Assembly: GCA_904397205.1 (NCBI GenBank)
Contig: CAJFOO010000017.1
Span: 6,098-70,097, forward strand
DNA length: 64,000 nt
Source of the DNA: an uncultured Clostridia bacterium
Lineage (GTDB): Bacteria; Bacillota; Clostridia; Oscillospirales; Acutalibacteraceae
Direction of reading: 5' to 3'
A program made the position numbers and the translations under genes. Positions 19,284 through 29,215 of the stretch are shown here, piece by piece (the stretch's first letter is position 1; each line of letters starts with the position of its first letter). The notes under the pieces are model-generated. The model was given only the letters and a program-made list of their open reading frames with translations, made no database searches and was not told where the DNA came from.

Positions 19284-19625
19284 TTGTTGTATGTAAAGGA
19301 GGTGCGGTCAAAGGTGCAGGACATTGTCAGACAGATTGTCGATATGGACCGTAAAGCCAGAGAAGCCACCGAGGCGGTTCAGCTCGAGCGGGTCAACTCC
19401 GAACGGGAAATCGCCGAAAAGCGCGTGCGTATGCGCGCGGAATATCTGGAAGAAGCCAGAAAAACCATTCCTCAGAACGTCTCTGAGGAACGCAAAGCCG
19501 CTCAAGAAAAATGGGAGGTTGTGGAAAGAAGAAACGCTGCTTTATCCCAACAGATGGACGAACTTTACAGCCAGAAAGGTGACGAGTGGGTAAAAGCCAT
19601 CGTGACCAGAGTGATAGGGGAGTGA
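19284..19625 (+). CDS. small coiled-coil protein, probable V-type ATPase peripheral-stalk subunit (G/H-like)
   Basis: Charged helical sequence (REATEAVQLERVNSEREIAEKRVRMRAEYLEEARK), 4 nt before the subunit C gene. The most likely start is GTG 19314, which is 10 nt after AAGGAGG. Subunit assignment is by position and composition only. Confidence 0.45.
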   Translation: MLYVKEVRSKVQDIVRQIVDMDRKAREATEAVQLERVNSEREIAEKRVRMRAEYLEEARKTIPQNVSEERKAAQEKWEVVERRNAALSQQMDELYSQKGDEWVKAIVTRVIGE

Positions 19626-19629
19626 TCGC

Positions 19630-20676
19630 ATGCTTTCCGGACTTTCCGCAAATGCCGTTTTGGCAAAAGCCCGAGGGATGCATGGCAAATGCCTCACCAA
19701 GCAGAATTTCAGTGATCTGTTGATGTGCAAGAGCATCAGTGAGATTGCCTACTACCTCAAAAACCGCACGCATTACAACGGCGTCCTTTCCAATGTGAAC
19801 GAGATTGACGTGTCCCGTTCGGAACTGGAAGTCGTACTCAAGCAAAAGCTCTTTGAAGACTGCTCTGCTTTAGGCAAATATGGCGCTTCCGTAGGAGAGC
19901 GGTTTTCCGATTACTTAATGCGCCGCAGTGAGATTGAGCAGATTATGCACAGCCTCATCCTCATCAATTCCGGCCGGGCCGACGGGTATACCTTGTATAT
20001 GCCCGAGTACCTGCAGAAGAAAACCCACATCAACGTGGAGGCGCTCGGACAGATGAAGACGTTTGACGATCTGCTCAAGGCTCTTGACCACACGCCCTAC
20101 CAGAAGCTGGTGGAACCGTTCCGGCCAGGGCCGGGAGAGTTATTGGATTATACCAAAGTGGAAAACGCCCTGTATACTTACTTGTATTCGGAAGTCTTTG
20201 CCATGATTAACAAGCATTATAAGGGCAGCGCGGCAAAACAGCTGCGTGAGATTTTCAGCTCCTACCTGGATTTGGACAACTATGTGCGCATTGTGAGAAT
20301 GAAGACGTATTACCATGCGCCGCCCGAGGCGATCCGGGAAGCGCTGCTGCCGTTTTCGACCATCCGCAAGAGCTTCCTCGAAGACATGATCAACGCTAAG
20401 TCGGAAGAGGAAATCCAGGCGATTATGGCCAAGACCAGTCCCGGCAAGCGCTATCTCAAAGGAGGGGAGACGCTCGAAGACGATATCCCGCTGCGGGTGC
20501 AGTACGCTACCTGCCGGCACGATATCCACTTCTCCACGCATTCCTCCGTGGTCATGCTGTCTTACATTTTCATTAAGCAGGCAGAAATTTACGACATCAT
20601 CAATATTATTGAAGGTGTGCGCTATCAGCTGCCTGCGAGCAGGGTTTCCAAGCTGCTCACCATTTTCAATTTTTAA
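19630..20676 (+). CDS. ntpC: V-type ATP synthase subunit C (V0 d-like)
   Basis: 348-aa ORF in the V-ATPase operon. Length and N-terminal AKARGMHGKCLT-type sequence are typical of bacterial and archaeal subunit C. Confidence 0.8.
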   Translation: MLSGLSANAVLAKARGMHGKCLTKQNFSDLLMCKSISEIAYYLKNRTHYNGVLSNVNEIDVSRSELEVVLKQKLFEDCSALGKYGASVGERFSDYLMRRSEIEQIMHSLILINSGRADGYTLYMPEYLQKKTHINVEALGQMKTFDDLLKALDHTPYQKLVEPFRPGPGELLDYTKVENALYTYLYSEVFAMINKHYKGSAAKQLREIFSSYLDLDNYVRIVRMKTYYHAPPEAIREALLPFSTIRKSFLEDMINAKSEEEIQAIMAKTSPGKRYLKGGETLEDDIPLRVQYATCRHDIHFSTHSSVVMLSYIFIKQAEIYDIINIIEGVRYQLPASRVSKLLTIFNF

Positions 20677-20695
20677 TGAAAGGAAGTGTCGATTC

Positions 20696-22681
20696 TTGGC
20701 TGTTGTAAAGCTGAAGGAAGTAAGCATCATCGGCAAGCTGTCGGATATTGACGACATTGCGACTGTCTGCGGCAAAACCAATGCGTTCCACGCAGACAAC
20801 GCACTGACGCAATATGCCGATGCGCCGGACTTCACCTCGTACACCGAGGAGAACCCTTACGCCGAACCGCTGCAGCAACTTACCGACGCGATGGACAAAG
20901 CGGGAAAAACGCTTACTTTACTAAGTGAGAAAGAATCCCAGAACCTCACCATGGATAAGGACGAGATGATTGCTTATGCCAAAGACGTCTCGTCAAAAAT
21001 CAGCGAGTGGGAAATGGAGAAGATCAAAGCCCAGGAAAAGGTCCGGGAATACACCGCGGCTATCCAGGATATGGGCCACTTTGTGGGCCTGGACCTGGAT
21101 CTGGACGAGATCAAAGCCTGCGAGTATGTCAACGTCCGCTTTGGCTCCATGCCCAAAGAGAATGTGGAAAAGCTCGCTGCATACAAAGAAAACCCCAACG
21201 TGATTTTCACCCCCTGTGTGGCGGATGAAGAGCGTCAATGGGGCCTGTACTTTGCACCGATTGCCAATACCAGCGAAGTAGACCGGATTTTTAACGGCCT
21301 GAAATTTGAAAAGGTGACGCTGGAAACCATGTCCGGCTCGCCGGAAAAAACCGTGGAAGAATTGCGCAAAAAGTGCGATGCGGAGCAGGCCATTGTGGCG
21401 CAGGCAGAATCCAACATGGAATCGCTCATGAGCCGCGAGGCCAGCAAAATCCAGCAGGTATACACCCTGCTCACAGAGAAAAACGTGTATTTCTCCGCTA
21501 TCTGCCGCAACGCGGCCCGCTACGACGACAACTTTGTTATCGTTGGCTGGATCCCGAAAGAGGCGGAGGCCCAGCTCAAAGCGCAGCTTGGCAAATATGA
21601 TTTGCTGGAACTGAGCTTTAAAAACGGCGACGAGGTGCAAAAGCACAATCCTCCTACCGCCATCCGCAACAAAGGGCCGTTCAAATTCTTCGAGTTCTTT
21701 GTTGACCTGTACGGCATGCCTACTTACGGGGAATTTGACCCCACCTGGTTCGTTGCCATTACTTACACCTTGTGCTTCGGCATTATGTTCGGCGATTTGG
21801 GCCAGGGCCTGTGCGTCGCAGCCATCGGCGCATTCATGGGCTTTAAGATGAAGATGGCCATCGGCAAGGTGCTGATCCCCTGCGGCATCAGTTCCGCGAT
21901 ATTCGGGTTCCTGTTCGGCTCCGTGTTCGGCTTTGAAACCTGGCTTGACGGGGCCCACCAGGCGATGGGCATGGCCACGGCCGCCGGCGACGGCCACAAG
22001 CTGATCCACACCATGGGAAGCAGCGTTTCTTCCTGGGTGGTTTACGGTACCATCGGCCTTGGCGTCTGCCTCATTGTCTTTGCGATGATTATTGGTATTA
22101 TCAACAACCTCAAGCGCAAAAAGATTGAAGACGCTTTGTTTGGCCCCTCCGGCATTGCCGGGATAGCCCTGTTCATCGGTGTAGCCGGCGTGCTGGCCAC
22201 CATCCTGCTGGGCAACAGCATGCCGTTTGCCCTGCTCAACGCCGGCTGGCTGATTGGCCTGATTGCCGTACCGACCGTGATTATCTTCTTCCGTGAGATT
22301 CTCGGCGCCCTGGTCTGCGGGCACAAACCGCACCTGCACGGCGGCGTGGGCGATTTCATCATGCAGAACTTCTTCGAACTGTTCGACGTGTTTATCAGCT
22401 ACCTGTCCAACGCGATGTCCTTCCTGCGTGTGGGCGCGTTCGTCCTGGTACACGCCGGCATGATGCTGGTAGTCTTCACCCTGGCCGACATGGCGGCTGG
22501 CATCCTGCCGCTTTACATCCTCATTGTTGTCATCGGCAACATCGTGATTACCGGCCTGGAATGCCTGCTCGTCTGCATCCAGGTACTCAGACTCGAATTC
22601 TACGAGTTGTTCAGCCGTTACTACGAAGGCGGCGGACGCAAGTATGAACCGATTATTGCAAGAGCTGCCGTGCAGCAATAA
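20696..22681 (+). CDS. ntpI: V-type ATP synthase subunit I (a-subunit)
   Basis: TTG start after GAAAGGAAG gives LAVVKLKEVSIIG. Soluble N-terminal half plus a multi-TM C-terminal half carrying the conserved MSFLRVGAF arginine. Confidence 0.85.
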   Translation: MAVVKLKEVSIIGKLSDIDDIATVCGKTNAFHADNALTQYADAPDFTSYTEENPYAEPLQQLTDAMDKAGKTLTLLSEKESQNLTMDKDEMIAYAKDVSSKISEWEMEKIKAQEKVREYTAAIQDMGHFVGLDLDLDEIKACEYVNVRFGSMPKENVEKLAAYKENPNVIFTPCVADEERQWGLYFAPIANTSEVDRIFNGLKFEKVTLETMSGSPEKTVEELRKKCDAEQAIVAQAESNMESLMSREASKIQQVYTLLTEKNVYFSAICRNAARYDDNFVIVGWIPKEAEAQLKAQLGKYDLLELSFKNGDEVQKHNPPTAIRNKGPFKFFEFFVDLYGMPTYGEFDPTWFVAITYTLCFGIMFGDLGQGLCVAAIGAFMGFKMKMAIGKVLIPCGISSAIFGFLFGSVFGFETWLDGAHQAMGMATAAGDGHKLIHTMGSSVSSWVVYGTIGLGVCLIVFAMIIGIINNLKRKKIEDALFGPSGIAGIALFIGVAGVLATILLGNSMPFALLNAGWLIGLIAVPTVIIFFREILGALVCGHKPHLHGGVGDFIMQNFFELFDVFISYLSNAMSFLRVGAFVLVHAGMMLVVFTLADMAAGILPLYILIVVIGNIVITGLECLLVCIQVLRLEFYELFSRYYEGGGRKYEPIIARAAVQQ

Positions 22682-22778
22682 GCCGCCCGCTTTTGCTTCG
22701 GTTCTCACAATCACAAACAATCAAAAAAACGAAAAAACTATTTAAAAAATTTATCGTTAAGTTTTGGAGGAAATGATT

Positions 22779-23216
22779 ATGACTTACGTATTAATTGCTT
22801 TGCCTATCGTAGCCCTGGTAGCTTCCGTAATTTTCGCTATTCGTTCCGTTAAAAGAGGCAAGAAGACCCGCAACGCCGTAGCTACCCAATTGCTGGCATT
22901 CATGGCCGTTGCCGTTGTAACCCTGGCAGTTCCGCTCGTGGCTTCCGCTACAGAAGACCATGCGACTACTACCGCAGAAACCACCACAACCACTTCTAAC
23001 GAAGGCCGCTGGGCTGGCTTCCTGGCAGCCGGCGCCGTAACCGGTATCTCCGGCATTGGCGGCGGTATCGCCGTTGCCGCTGCAGCTCCTGCCGCTATCG
23101 GCGCTACCTCCGAAGACCCGAAGGCATTCGGTAAAGCCCTGATCTTCGTAGCTCTGGGTGAAGGTGTTGCTCTGTACGGCCTGTTGATTTCCATTCTGAT
23201 CCTGAACAAGGTTTAA
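22779..23216 (+). CDS. ntpK: V-type ATP synthase proteolipid subunit K (c-subunit)
   Basis: The ATG lies 8 nt after GGAGG. The C-terminal 70 aa form a canonical c-subunit hairpin (GISGIGGGIAVAAAAP ... ALGEGVALYGLL with the carboxylate E). The N-terminal 75 aa are atypical (see findings). Confidence 0.8.
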   Translation: MTYVLIALPIVALVASVIFAIRSVKRGKKTRNAVATQLLAFMAVAVVTLAVPLVASATEDHATTTAETTTTTSNEGRWAGFLAAGAVTGISGIGGGIAVAAAAPAAIGATSEDPKAFGKALIFVALGEGVALYGLLISILILNKV

Positions 23217-23283
23217 TTGGAAAACAGGCTGCATTGGAGAAAGGTTTGTTTGATTTTATTATGGAGAAAGCAGGTGGCATCAA

Positions 23284-23595
23284 ATGCGCTTTCATGTAAT
23301 AAGCGATAATGAGGACACCCTGGTTGGTTTGCGTCTTGCCGGCATTGACGGCGTAATCGTCCGCAATGAGGAAGAGGCGCAGCAGGAAATAAACAAAGCC
23401 ATGGCCAAGGCGGATGAAATCGCCGTTGTTCTCGTTGCGGAGAAAGTGGTAGACATGTGCCCTGACTTTGTATATGACCTCAAACTAAACCGTAAGCGTC
23501 CGCTGATTGTCGAAATCCCAGACCGGAGCGGGAACGGCCGCACCAAAGAGTCGATTACCCGTTATGTCCGCGAGGCAGTCGGGATTAAGATTTAG
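23284..23595 (+). CDS. V-type ATP synthase subunit F
   Basis: 103-aa ORF starting MRFHVISDNEDTLVGLRLAGIDGVIV, typical of subunit F. Confidence 0.8.
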   Translation: MRFHVISDNEDTLVGLRLAGIDGVIVRNEEEAQQEINKAMAKADEIAVVLVAEKVVDMCPDFVYDLKLNRKRPLIVEIPDRSGNGRTKESITRYVREAVGIKI

Positions 23596-23646
23596 TTTTG
23601 TATTTAGCACAGCTTAGGCCGCTTTTGCGGCGGAACGGGGGTTAAT

Positions 23647-24240
23647 ATGTCGAATGTTGACAAGCTGAGTCAATTTAACTCAGCCATTAATCACTATGCT
23701 GAGGCGCAGCGCGCGAAAATTCTTCAGGACATCGAGGCCTACAAGCAAAAGGAGCTGAAGGAAACGGAGGCTACGGCAAAGCTGGAGTCGGAACGCCTGA
23801 TTATTAAAGAAGTCGCACAGGAGCGCAGCAACATTGTGCGTGAGATGTCTCACAAAGAGCTGGGGGCCCGCCGGGCCCTGCTCGAAAAACGGAAACAGAT
23901 TGCCGACCAGGTATTTGAGCGCGCAGAAAAGGTGCTGGTAGAGTTTACCGGCACCCCCGAGTATGCAAAATACCTGGAACGGTATGCCAAAGGGTTTGCC
24001 GAGATTTTCAGCGGCCCGGGCACCGTAATCTATTACGGCGAACGGGATGAGAAATATAAAGCGCAGATCCAACAGGCATTTGGGCAGGAGTGCACCATGC
24101 AGGTGGACCAGAAAATTCAAATCGGCGGCATCCGCGCCGAGAACGAAGCCATGCATTTGGCCGCGGATAATACTTTGGATTCCGTTTTGGAAGACCAGCG
24201 AGGATGGTTTGAAGAAAATTCGGGAATGGCTGTGGTCTGA
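23647..24240 (+). CDS. ntpE: V-type ATP synthase subunit E
   Basis: 197-aa ORF with a long N-terminal charged helix followed by a globular C-terminus. Position is between the F and A subunit genes. Confidence 0.75.
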   Translation: MSNVDKLSQFNSAINHYAEAQRAKILQDIEAYKQKELKETEATAKLESERLIIKEVAQERSNIVREMSHKELGARRALLEKRKQIADQVFERAEKVLVEFTGTPEYAKYLERYAKGFAEIFSGPGTVIYYGERDEKYKAQIQQAFGQECTMQVDQKIQIGGIRAENEAMHLAADNTLDSVLEDQRGWFEENSGMAVV

Positions 24241-24270
24241 GCCGGATAATACCCATTTGTTTTATCGGAG

Positions 24271-26046
24271 ATGAGTTTGATGGAAAATCAGAATATTATT
24301 AACGGCATTAACGGACCAGTCGTTACCGTGAAAGATGCTCGCAGCTTCTCCATGATGGAAATGGTTTTTGTCGGAAACGAACGCCTCGTTGGGGAGGTCA
24401 TCGGTATCACCGACAAGTTTACAACCATTCAGGTTTATGAGGAAACGACCGGGTTGACCCTGGGCGAGCCCATCTATGGTACCGGAAGTCCGATGAATGT
24501 CACCTTAGGTCCTGGCATTATGAGCAGTATCTTTGACGGCATCGAACGTCCGCTCAAAGCAATTGCAGAAGAAAGCGGCACCTACATTGCCCGCGGGAGC
24601 ACCGCGCCTTCTCTGGACGTAGAGAAGCTGTGGGATGTGACCATGAAGGTCCAGGAGGGCGACGAGCTGAACGTCGGCGACGTGTATGCCGAGGTTCCCG
24701 AAACCCCTTCCGTTATGCACCGGTGCATGCTTTCCCCAAAAATTGGAAAGGCCGTGGTTACCAAAGTGTATCCCAACGGCAAATATAAGGTAAACGACAC
24801 CGTCTTGGAGGTAAAGGATCAAAACGGCAAGGTACATGAGCTGAGCCTTTGCCAGAGATGGCCCATCCGGAATCAGCGCCCGGTAGCCCAGCGCACGTCT
24901 TCTACCATCCCGCTGATTACCGGCCAGCGCATCCAGGATACGCTGTTCCCCATTGTTAAGGGCGGCACAGCCTGTATCCCGGGCGCGTTCGGTTCCGGCA
25001 AAACCATGACCCAGCACCAGCTGGCGAAATGGTGTGACGCCGATATCATCATCTACGTTGGCTGCGGTGAACGCGGCAACGAGATGACCCAGGTTCTCGA
25101 AGAGTTCGGCGAACTGATCGACCCGCGTACCGGCCGTCTGCTGACGGACCGTACCGTGCTCATCGCGAACACTTCCAACATGCCGGTTGCGGCCCGTGAA
25201 GCATCCATGTACACGGGCATCACCCTGGCGGAGTACTATCGCGACATGGGTTACCATGTGGCAATGATGGCGGACTCCACTTCCCGCTGGGCGGAGGCTC
25301 TGCGCGAGATCTCCGGCCGCTTGGAAGAAATGCCCGCGGAAGAAGGCTTCCCGGCTTACCTGCCGTCCCGTCTGGCGGAGTTCTATGAACGCGCCGGCTA
25401 TGTACACAACCTCAACGGCACGGAAGGCTCGATTTCCATCATCGGCGCGATTTCGCCCGCCGGCGGTGACTTTTCCGAGCCGGTTACGCAAAATACCATG
25501 CGCTTTACCCGCTGCTTCTGGGCGCTGGATAAGTCGCTGGCGTATGCCCGCCACTTCCCGGCAATCGACTGGATGGCCAGTTACACCGAGTATTTCAACG
25601 ACTTGGAAGACTGGTACAACAAAAACCTGGGAGAAGAGTATGCGGTGTACCGCAACACGGTAAACAACCTGCTGCAGGAAGAAAACAAGCTGATGGAAAT
25701 TGTAAAGCTGGTTGGCGCCGACGTACTGCCGGATGACCAGAAGCTGATCATTGAAATCGCGCGCGTTATCCGCATCGGGTATTTGCAGCAGAACGCTTTC
25801 CATGAGGTGGATACTTACGTACCCATTGAAAAACAGAGAGATATGATGAAAATCATCGTGCATCTGTACAATAAGAGCAAACAGCTGGTTGCTGCGGCTG
25901 TCCCGCTGGACGGCCTGCTCGAAACCGGTCTGTATGAACGGGTCATCAAGATGAAGTACGACCTGCCCAACGAGGGCTTCAGCGACGGCGTACAGAAATA
26001 CATTGATGACATCGACAAGACGGTAGCCTCCGTCGTTTCGGAATAA
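24271..26046 (+). CDS. ntpA: V-type ATP synthase catalytic subunit A
   Basis: 591-aa ORF with Walker A GAFGSGKT and a non-homologous-region insert typical of A subunits. An alternative start at ATG 24280 has better SD spacing. Confidence 0.95.
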   Translation: MSLMENQNIINGINGPVVTVKDARSFSMMEMVFVGNERLVGEVIGITDKFTTIQVYEETTGLTLGEPIYGTGSPMNVTLGPGIMSSIFDGIERPLKAIAEESGTYIARGSTAPSLDVEKLWDVTMKVQEGDELNVGDVYAEVPETPSVMHRCMLSPKIGKAVVTKVYPNGKYKVNDTVLEVKDQNGKVHELSLCQRWPIRNQRPVAQRTSSTIPLITGQRIQDTLFPIVKGGTACIPGAFGSGKTMTQHQLAKWCDADIIIYVGCGERGNEMTQVLEEFGELIDPRTGRLLTDRTVLIANTSNMPVAAREASMYTGITLAEYYRDMGYHVAMMADSTSRWAEALREISGRLEEMPAEEGFPAYLPSRLAEFYERAGYVHNLNGTEGSISIIGAISPAGGDFSEPVTQNTMRFTRCFWALDKSLAYARHFPAIDWMASYTEYFNDLEDWYNKNLGEEYAVYRNTVNNLLQEENKLMEIVKLVGADVLPDDQKLIIEIARVIRIGYLQQNAFHEVDTYVPIEKQRDMMKIIVHLYNKSKQLVAAAVPLDGLLETGLYERVIKMKYDLPNEGFSDGVQKYIDDIDKTVASVVSE

Positions 26047-26136
26047 GGTGTAAACGCCGATAAAACTCCCTCATTTCCCGTGCGAGGATGGGGGAGAGCA
26101 AAAGTCTAAAAGGTCGCACGGAGAAGGCGGTTATAT

Positions 26137-27528
26137 ATGATTCTAGATTATATTGGCGTGAAAGAAATTAACGGCTCTCTCATTGTCATCGACGGCGTAA
26201 AAGACGCTTTCTTTGAAGAGACTGTGGACATCCGCCTCGATGATGGCAGCTTCCGCCAAGGCAGAATTGTACAGATGGATGGCACGCGTGTGGTAATCCA
26301 GGTATTTGAAGGGACGCGCGAGATTTCCCTGAACAATACCCGTACAAGACTGCGCGGTCGCCCCATGGAGATGCCTCTTTCGCCCGAAATCCTTGGACGT
26401 GTTTTTAACGGGGCTGGCGATCCGATTGACGGCCTGGGCGATATTTTCCCGGAGAAGCGGGTGAATATCAACGGCTCCCCAATCAACCCAGTATCCCGCG
26501 TATATCCCAAAAACTACATTCATACCGGCGTGTCGTCCATCGATACCCTCATGACCCTGATCCGCGGCCAAAAGCTGCCGATTTTCTCGGGTTCCGGTAT
26601 GAAGCACAACGAACTGGCCGTACAGATTGCGCGCCAGGCGAGCATCACCGACAAAGACGGCAAAAACAACTTTGCGATTGTGTTTGCCGCCATGGGTGTT
26701 AAGAACGACGTAGCGGAATACTTCCGCCGTTCGTTCGACGAGTCGGGCGTTCTGCAAAACGTTGTCATGTTCCTGAACCTGGCAAACGATCCGATCATTG
26801 AAAGAACCCTGACCCCCCGCTGTGCATTGTCCGCAGCGGAATACCTGGCCTTTGAAAAGGATATGCACGTGCTGGTCATCATGACCGACATGACCGCATA
26901 TGCCGAGGCGCTGCGTGAATTCAGCTCCTCCAAGGGCGAGATCCCCGGCAGAAAGGGCTATCCCGGCTATCTGTATTCCGACCTGGCTTCCCTTTACGAA
27001 CGCGCCGGCATGGTGCACGGAAAGGTAGGCACGGTAACCCAGCTGCCGATTCTGACCATGCCCAACGACGACGTAACCCACCCGGTTCCGGACTTGACCG
27101 GATACATTACGGAGGGACAGATTTCTCTGGATCGTTCTCTGGACGCCAGCGGCATCTATCCTCCGGTGGGTATTCTGCCTTCCTTGTCCCGTTTGATGAA
27201 GGACGGCATCGGCGCCGAGTTTACCCGGGATGACCACAAGGCTTTGGCTGACCAGTTGTTTGCTTCCTATGCAAAATGCCAGGACGCGCGTTCTTTGGCG
27301 TCGGTTATCGGTGCGGAAGAACTTTCCACCAAGGATAAGCGTTACCTGGAATTCGGCCGGCTGTTTGAAGCCAAGTTCATCACGCAGGGGTATGACGAGA
27401 ACCGTTCGATTGACCAGAGCCTGGATTTGGGCTGGGAACTGCTTGGCACTCTGCCGCGTGTGGAACTGGATCGTGTTCCGGAAAATATTCTGGATAAGTA
27501 TTATGTTGACCACACCGATAAGAGCTGA
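26137..27528 (+). CDS. ntpB: V-type ATP synthase subunit B
   Basis: 463-aa ORF. Family-typical sequence ([28 protein letters not shown]). Confidence 0.95.
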   Translation: MILDYIGVKEINGSLIVIDGVKDAFFEETVDIRLDDGSFRQGRIVQMDGTRVVIQVFEGTREISLNNTRTRLRGRPMEMPLSPEILGRVFNGAGDPIDGLGDIFPEKRVNINGSPINPVSRVYPKNYIHTGVSSIDTLMTLIRGQKLPIFSGSGMKHNELAVQIARQASITDKDGKNNFAIVFAAMGVKNDVAEYFRRSFDESGVLQNVVMFLNLANDPIIERTLTPRCALSAAEYLAFEKDMHVLVIMTDMTAYAEALREFSSSKGEIPGRKGYPGYLYSDLASLYERAGMVHGKVGTVTQLPILTMPNDDVTHPVPDLTGYITEGQISLDRSLDASGIYPPVGILPSLSRLMKDGIGAEFTRDDHKALADQLFASYAKCQDARSLASVIGAEELSTKDKRYLEFGRLFEAKFITQGYDENRSIDQSLDLGWELLGTLPRVELDRVPENILDKYYVDHTDKS

Positions 27529-27561
27529 GTAACGACCATGTACTGAATGAGGTGAGCTGTA

Positions 27562-28191
27562 TTGGGCAATCAAGTCGTACCTACCAAAAGTCAGCTGCTT
27601 GCCACAAAAAAGTCGCTGAAGCTGGCCAAAAAAGGCTTTGAGCTGCTGGATCGCAAGCGGAACGTTTTGATCCGTGAGATTATGACGCTCCTTGACCAAG
27701 CCAGCGCCATCCAGAAGAAAATTGACGTGACCTACAGCGAAGCATACGCCGCGTTGGAACTGGCCAACATTACTTTGGGCAACTGCTCGGAGCTGGCCTG
27801 CACCGTACCGTTTGACGACGGGCTGAACGTAGCGTACCGCAGTGTCATGGGCGTGGAACTGCCAATCGTGGATTTGGAAGACAGCCAGATTAATTTTGTT
27901 CCGTATGGCCTGCATTCCAGTAATGTCCCGCTCGACGACGCGTTCATCAAATTTACCGAAGTAAAGAAGATGACGGCGGAATTGGCGGAAATTGAAAACA
28001 GTGTGTTCCGTCTTTCGGATGCGATCAAAAAGACCACCCGGCGGGCAAACGCACTGAAAAACATCATGATTCCCCGGTTTAAGAGGGAAGTCAAATTTAT
28101 TACGGAATCCTTGGAAGAAAAGGACAGAGAAGAATTCTCGCGGATGAAACTCATCAAGAGAAAAAAACTCCGGGAAGCCGAAGGGGCGTAG
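27562..28191 (+). CDS. ntpD: V-type ATP synthase subunit D
   Basis: 209-aa ORF. TTG start 7 nt after GAGGTG. The PTKSQLLATKKSLKLAKKGFELL N-terminus is typical of subunit D. Confidence 0.9.
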   Translation: MGNQVVPTKSQLLATKKSLKLAKKGFELLDRKRNVLIREIMTLLDQASAIQKKIDVTYSEAYAALELANITLGNCSELACTVPFDDGLNVAYRSVMGVELPIVDLEDSQINFVPYGLHSSNVPLDDAFIKFTEVKKMTAELAEIENSVFRLSDAIKKTTRRANALKNIMIPRFKREVKFITESLEEKDREEFSRMKLIKRKKLREAEGA

Positions 28192-28210
28192 TCCTCAGAA
28201 GGTTTCTGTG

Positions 28211-28251
28211 CAAAGGGCAGAAAGCGGAAGCTTCCTGCCCTTTGTTTTTTT
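28211..28251 (+). terminator. intrinsic terminator ending the V-ATPase operon
   Basis: 10-bp stem CAAAGGGCAG / CTGCCCTTTG, followed by TTTTTTT. Confidence 0.8.
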
Positions 28252-28490
28252 CTGTTTTCGTCGCTGGCATTTTGGTCAGCATCATGGTACAATAAACACA
28301 GAAAACGGGAATCGCGGGAAGGCGAAATGGATTTTCCCGGCTCGGCTCGTGAATTTGCCGCGTTCCTTGCCCGCCGCAAAATGCGGTACAAGAAAAGACA
28401 AGGGCGTAAAATACGGGATTCGGTTCAACCGGTTGTCCAGGCTGGCAGGGGAAAGCCGCATGTCCTGCCCGCTATAAAGGAGGAAGTACC

Positions 28491-29177
28491 ATGCTGCAGC
28501 CAGAAGAAATCCCCTACACGGTTGCCCGTTCCCGGCGCAAAACCTGGGCTATCCACATCACTTCCAGAGGTACAGTGGAAGTGCGGGTCCCGTTGCGGGT
28601 TTCTGACCGGCAGGCGGCGGCGTTTTTCCGTGAGCACCGTGACTGGGTATGGACGGCTTGGGAACGCAAACAGCAGCAAATCAAAGAGCAAGAGCGTTTT
28701 TCTGTGTCGGTGGGTGATACACTCCCCTTTTTGGGCCGGGAATATCCCGTCTGTGCGGGGGAAATGGTAGCGTTTAACGGGGAGGCATTTTTCTTCCCGC
28801 CGGGGGAATATGCCCAGCATAAGCCTGCGCTGCTGGCCTTGTACCGTGCGTTGGCGCAGCAATGGATCCCGCCGCGTGTGGAGATGCTTGCCGGGCAGAC
28901 GGGACTCTTCCCCCAATCGGTACGGATTACCGGGGCGAAAACCCGATGGGGATCTTGCTCGGGGAAAAATCGTCTGAATTTTTCCTGGCGGCTGATATTA
29001 GCCCCTCCTGCCGCAGTGGATTATGTAATTTTCCATGAACTGTGCCACATCCGCTGCCACAACCATTCCCGGGAATTTTGGGCCTTGGTGGAATCCTGTT
29101 TCCCTGATTACCGGATGGCCAGGCAGCAGTTACAGGAAGTTTCGCGGCAGCTGGCACGGCGGGATTGGGATACATAA
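28491..29177 (+). CDS. YgjP-like M48-family metal-dependent hydrolase (DUF45)
   Basis: 228-aa ORF. HELCHIRCHNHS zinc motif near the C-terminus. SD AAGGAGG upstream. Confidence 0.75.
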   Translation: MLQPEEIPYTVARSRRKTWAIHITSRGTVEVRVPLRVSDRQAAAFFREHRDWVWTAWERKQQQIKEQERFSVSVGDTLPFLGREYPVCAGEMVAFNGEAFFFPPGEYAQHKPALLALYRALAQQWIPPRVEMLAGQTGLFPQSVRITGAKTRWGSCSGKNRLNFSWRLILAPPAAVDYVIFHELCHIRCHNHSREFWALVESCFPDYRMARQQLQEVSRQLARRDWDT

Positions 29178-29215
29178 GTTTTAGAAATTTACATTGGACA
29201 GAAAGGCGGAATACC

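Noticed and set aside
20993-22720. 575-aa ORF antisense to the V-ATPase subunit I gene. The same applies to the similar long antisense ORFs at 3002..4648, 9703..10848, 14194..15294, 17262..18266, 17675..18646, 24505..25863, 26143..27915, 40137..41120, 55998..57248, 57660..58532 and 61538..62773.
   Set aside because: Each lies entirely opposite a gene with strong, motif-supported identity. Their translations are R/G/P/H/A-rich and low in complexity, with no recognisable motifs and no SD. Long stop-free antisense frames are expected in GC-rich coding DNA.
28192-28490. 300-bp gap after the V-ATPase operon, containing small ORFs (28208..28477 and the 5' part of 28327..28770) and a few short hairpins.
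   Set aside because: The ORFs lack an SD and have junk composition. The region holds the operon terminator and a plausible extended -10 promoter (TGGTACAAT) for the ygjP-like gene. I recognised no riboswitch-like conserved core.
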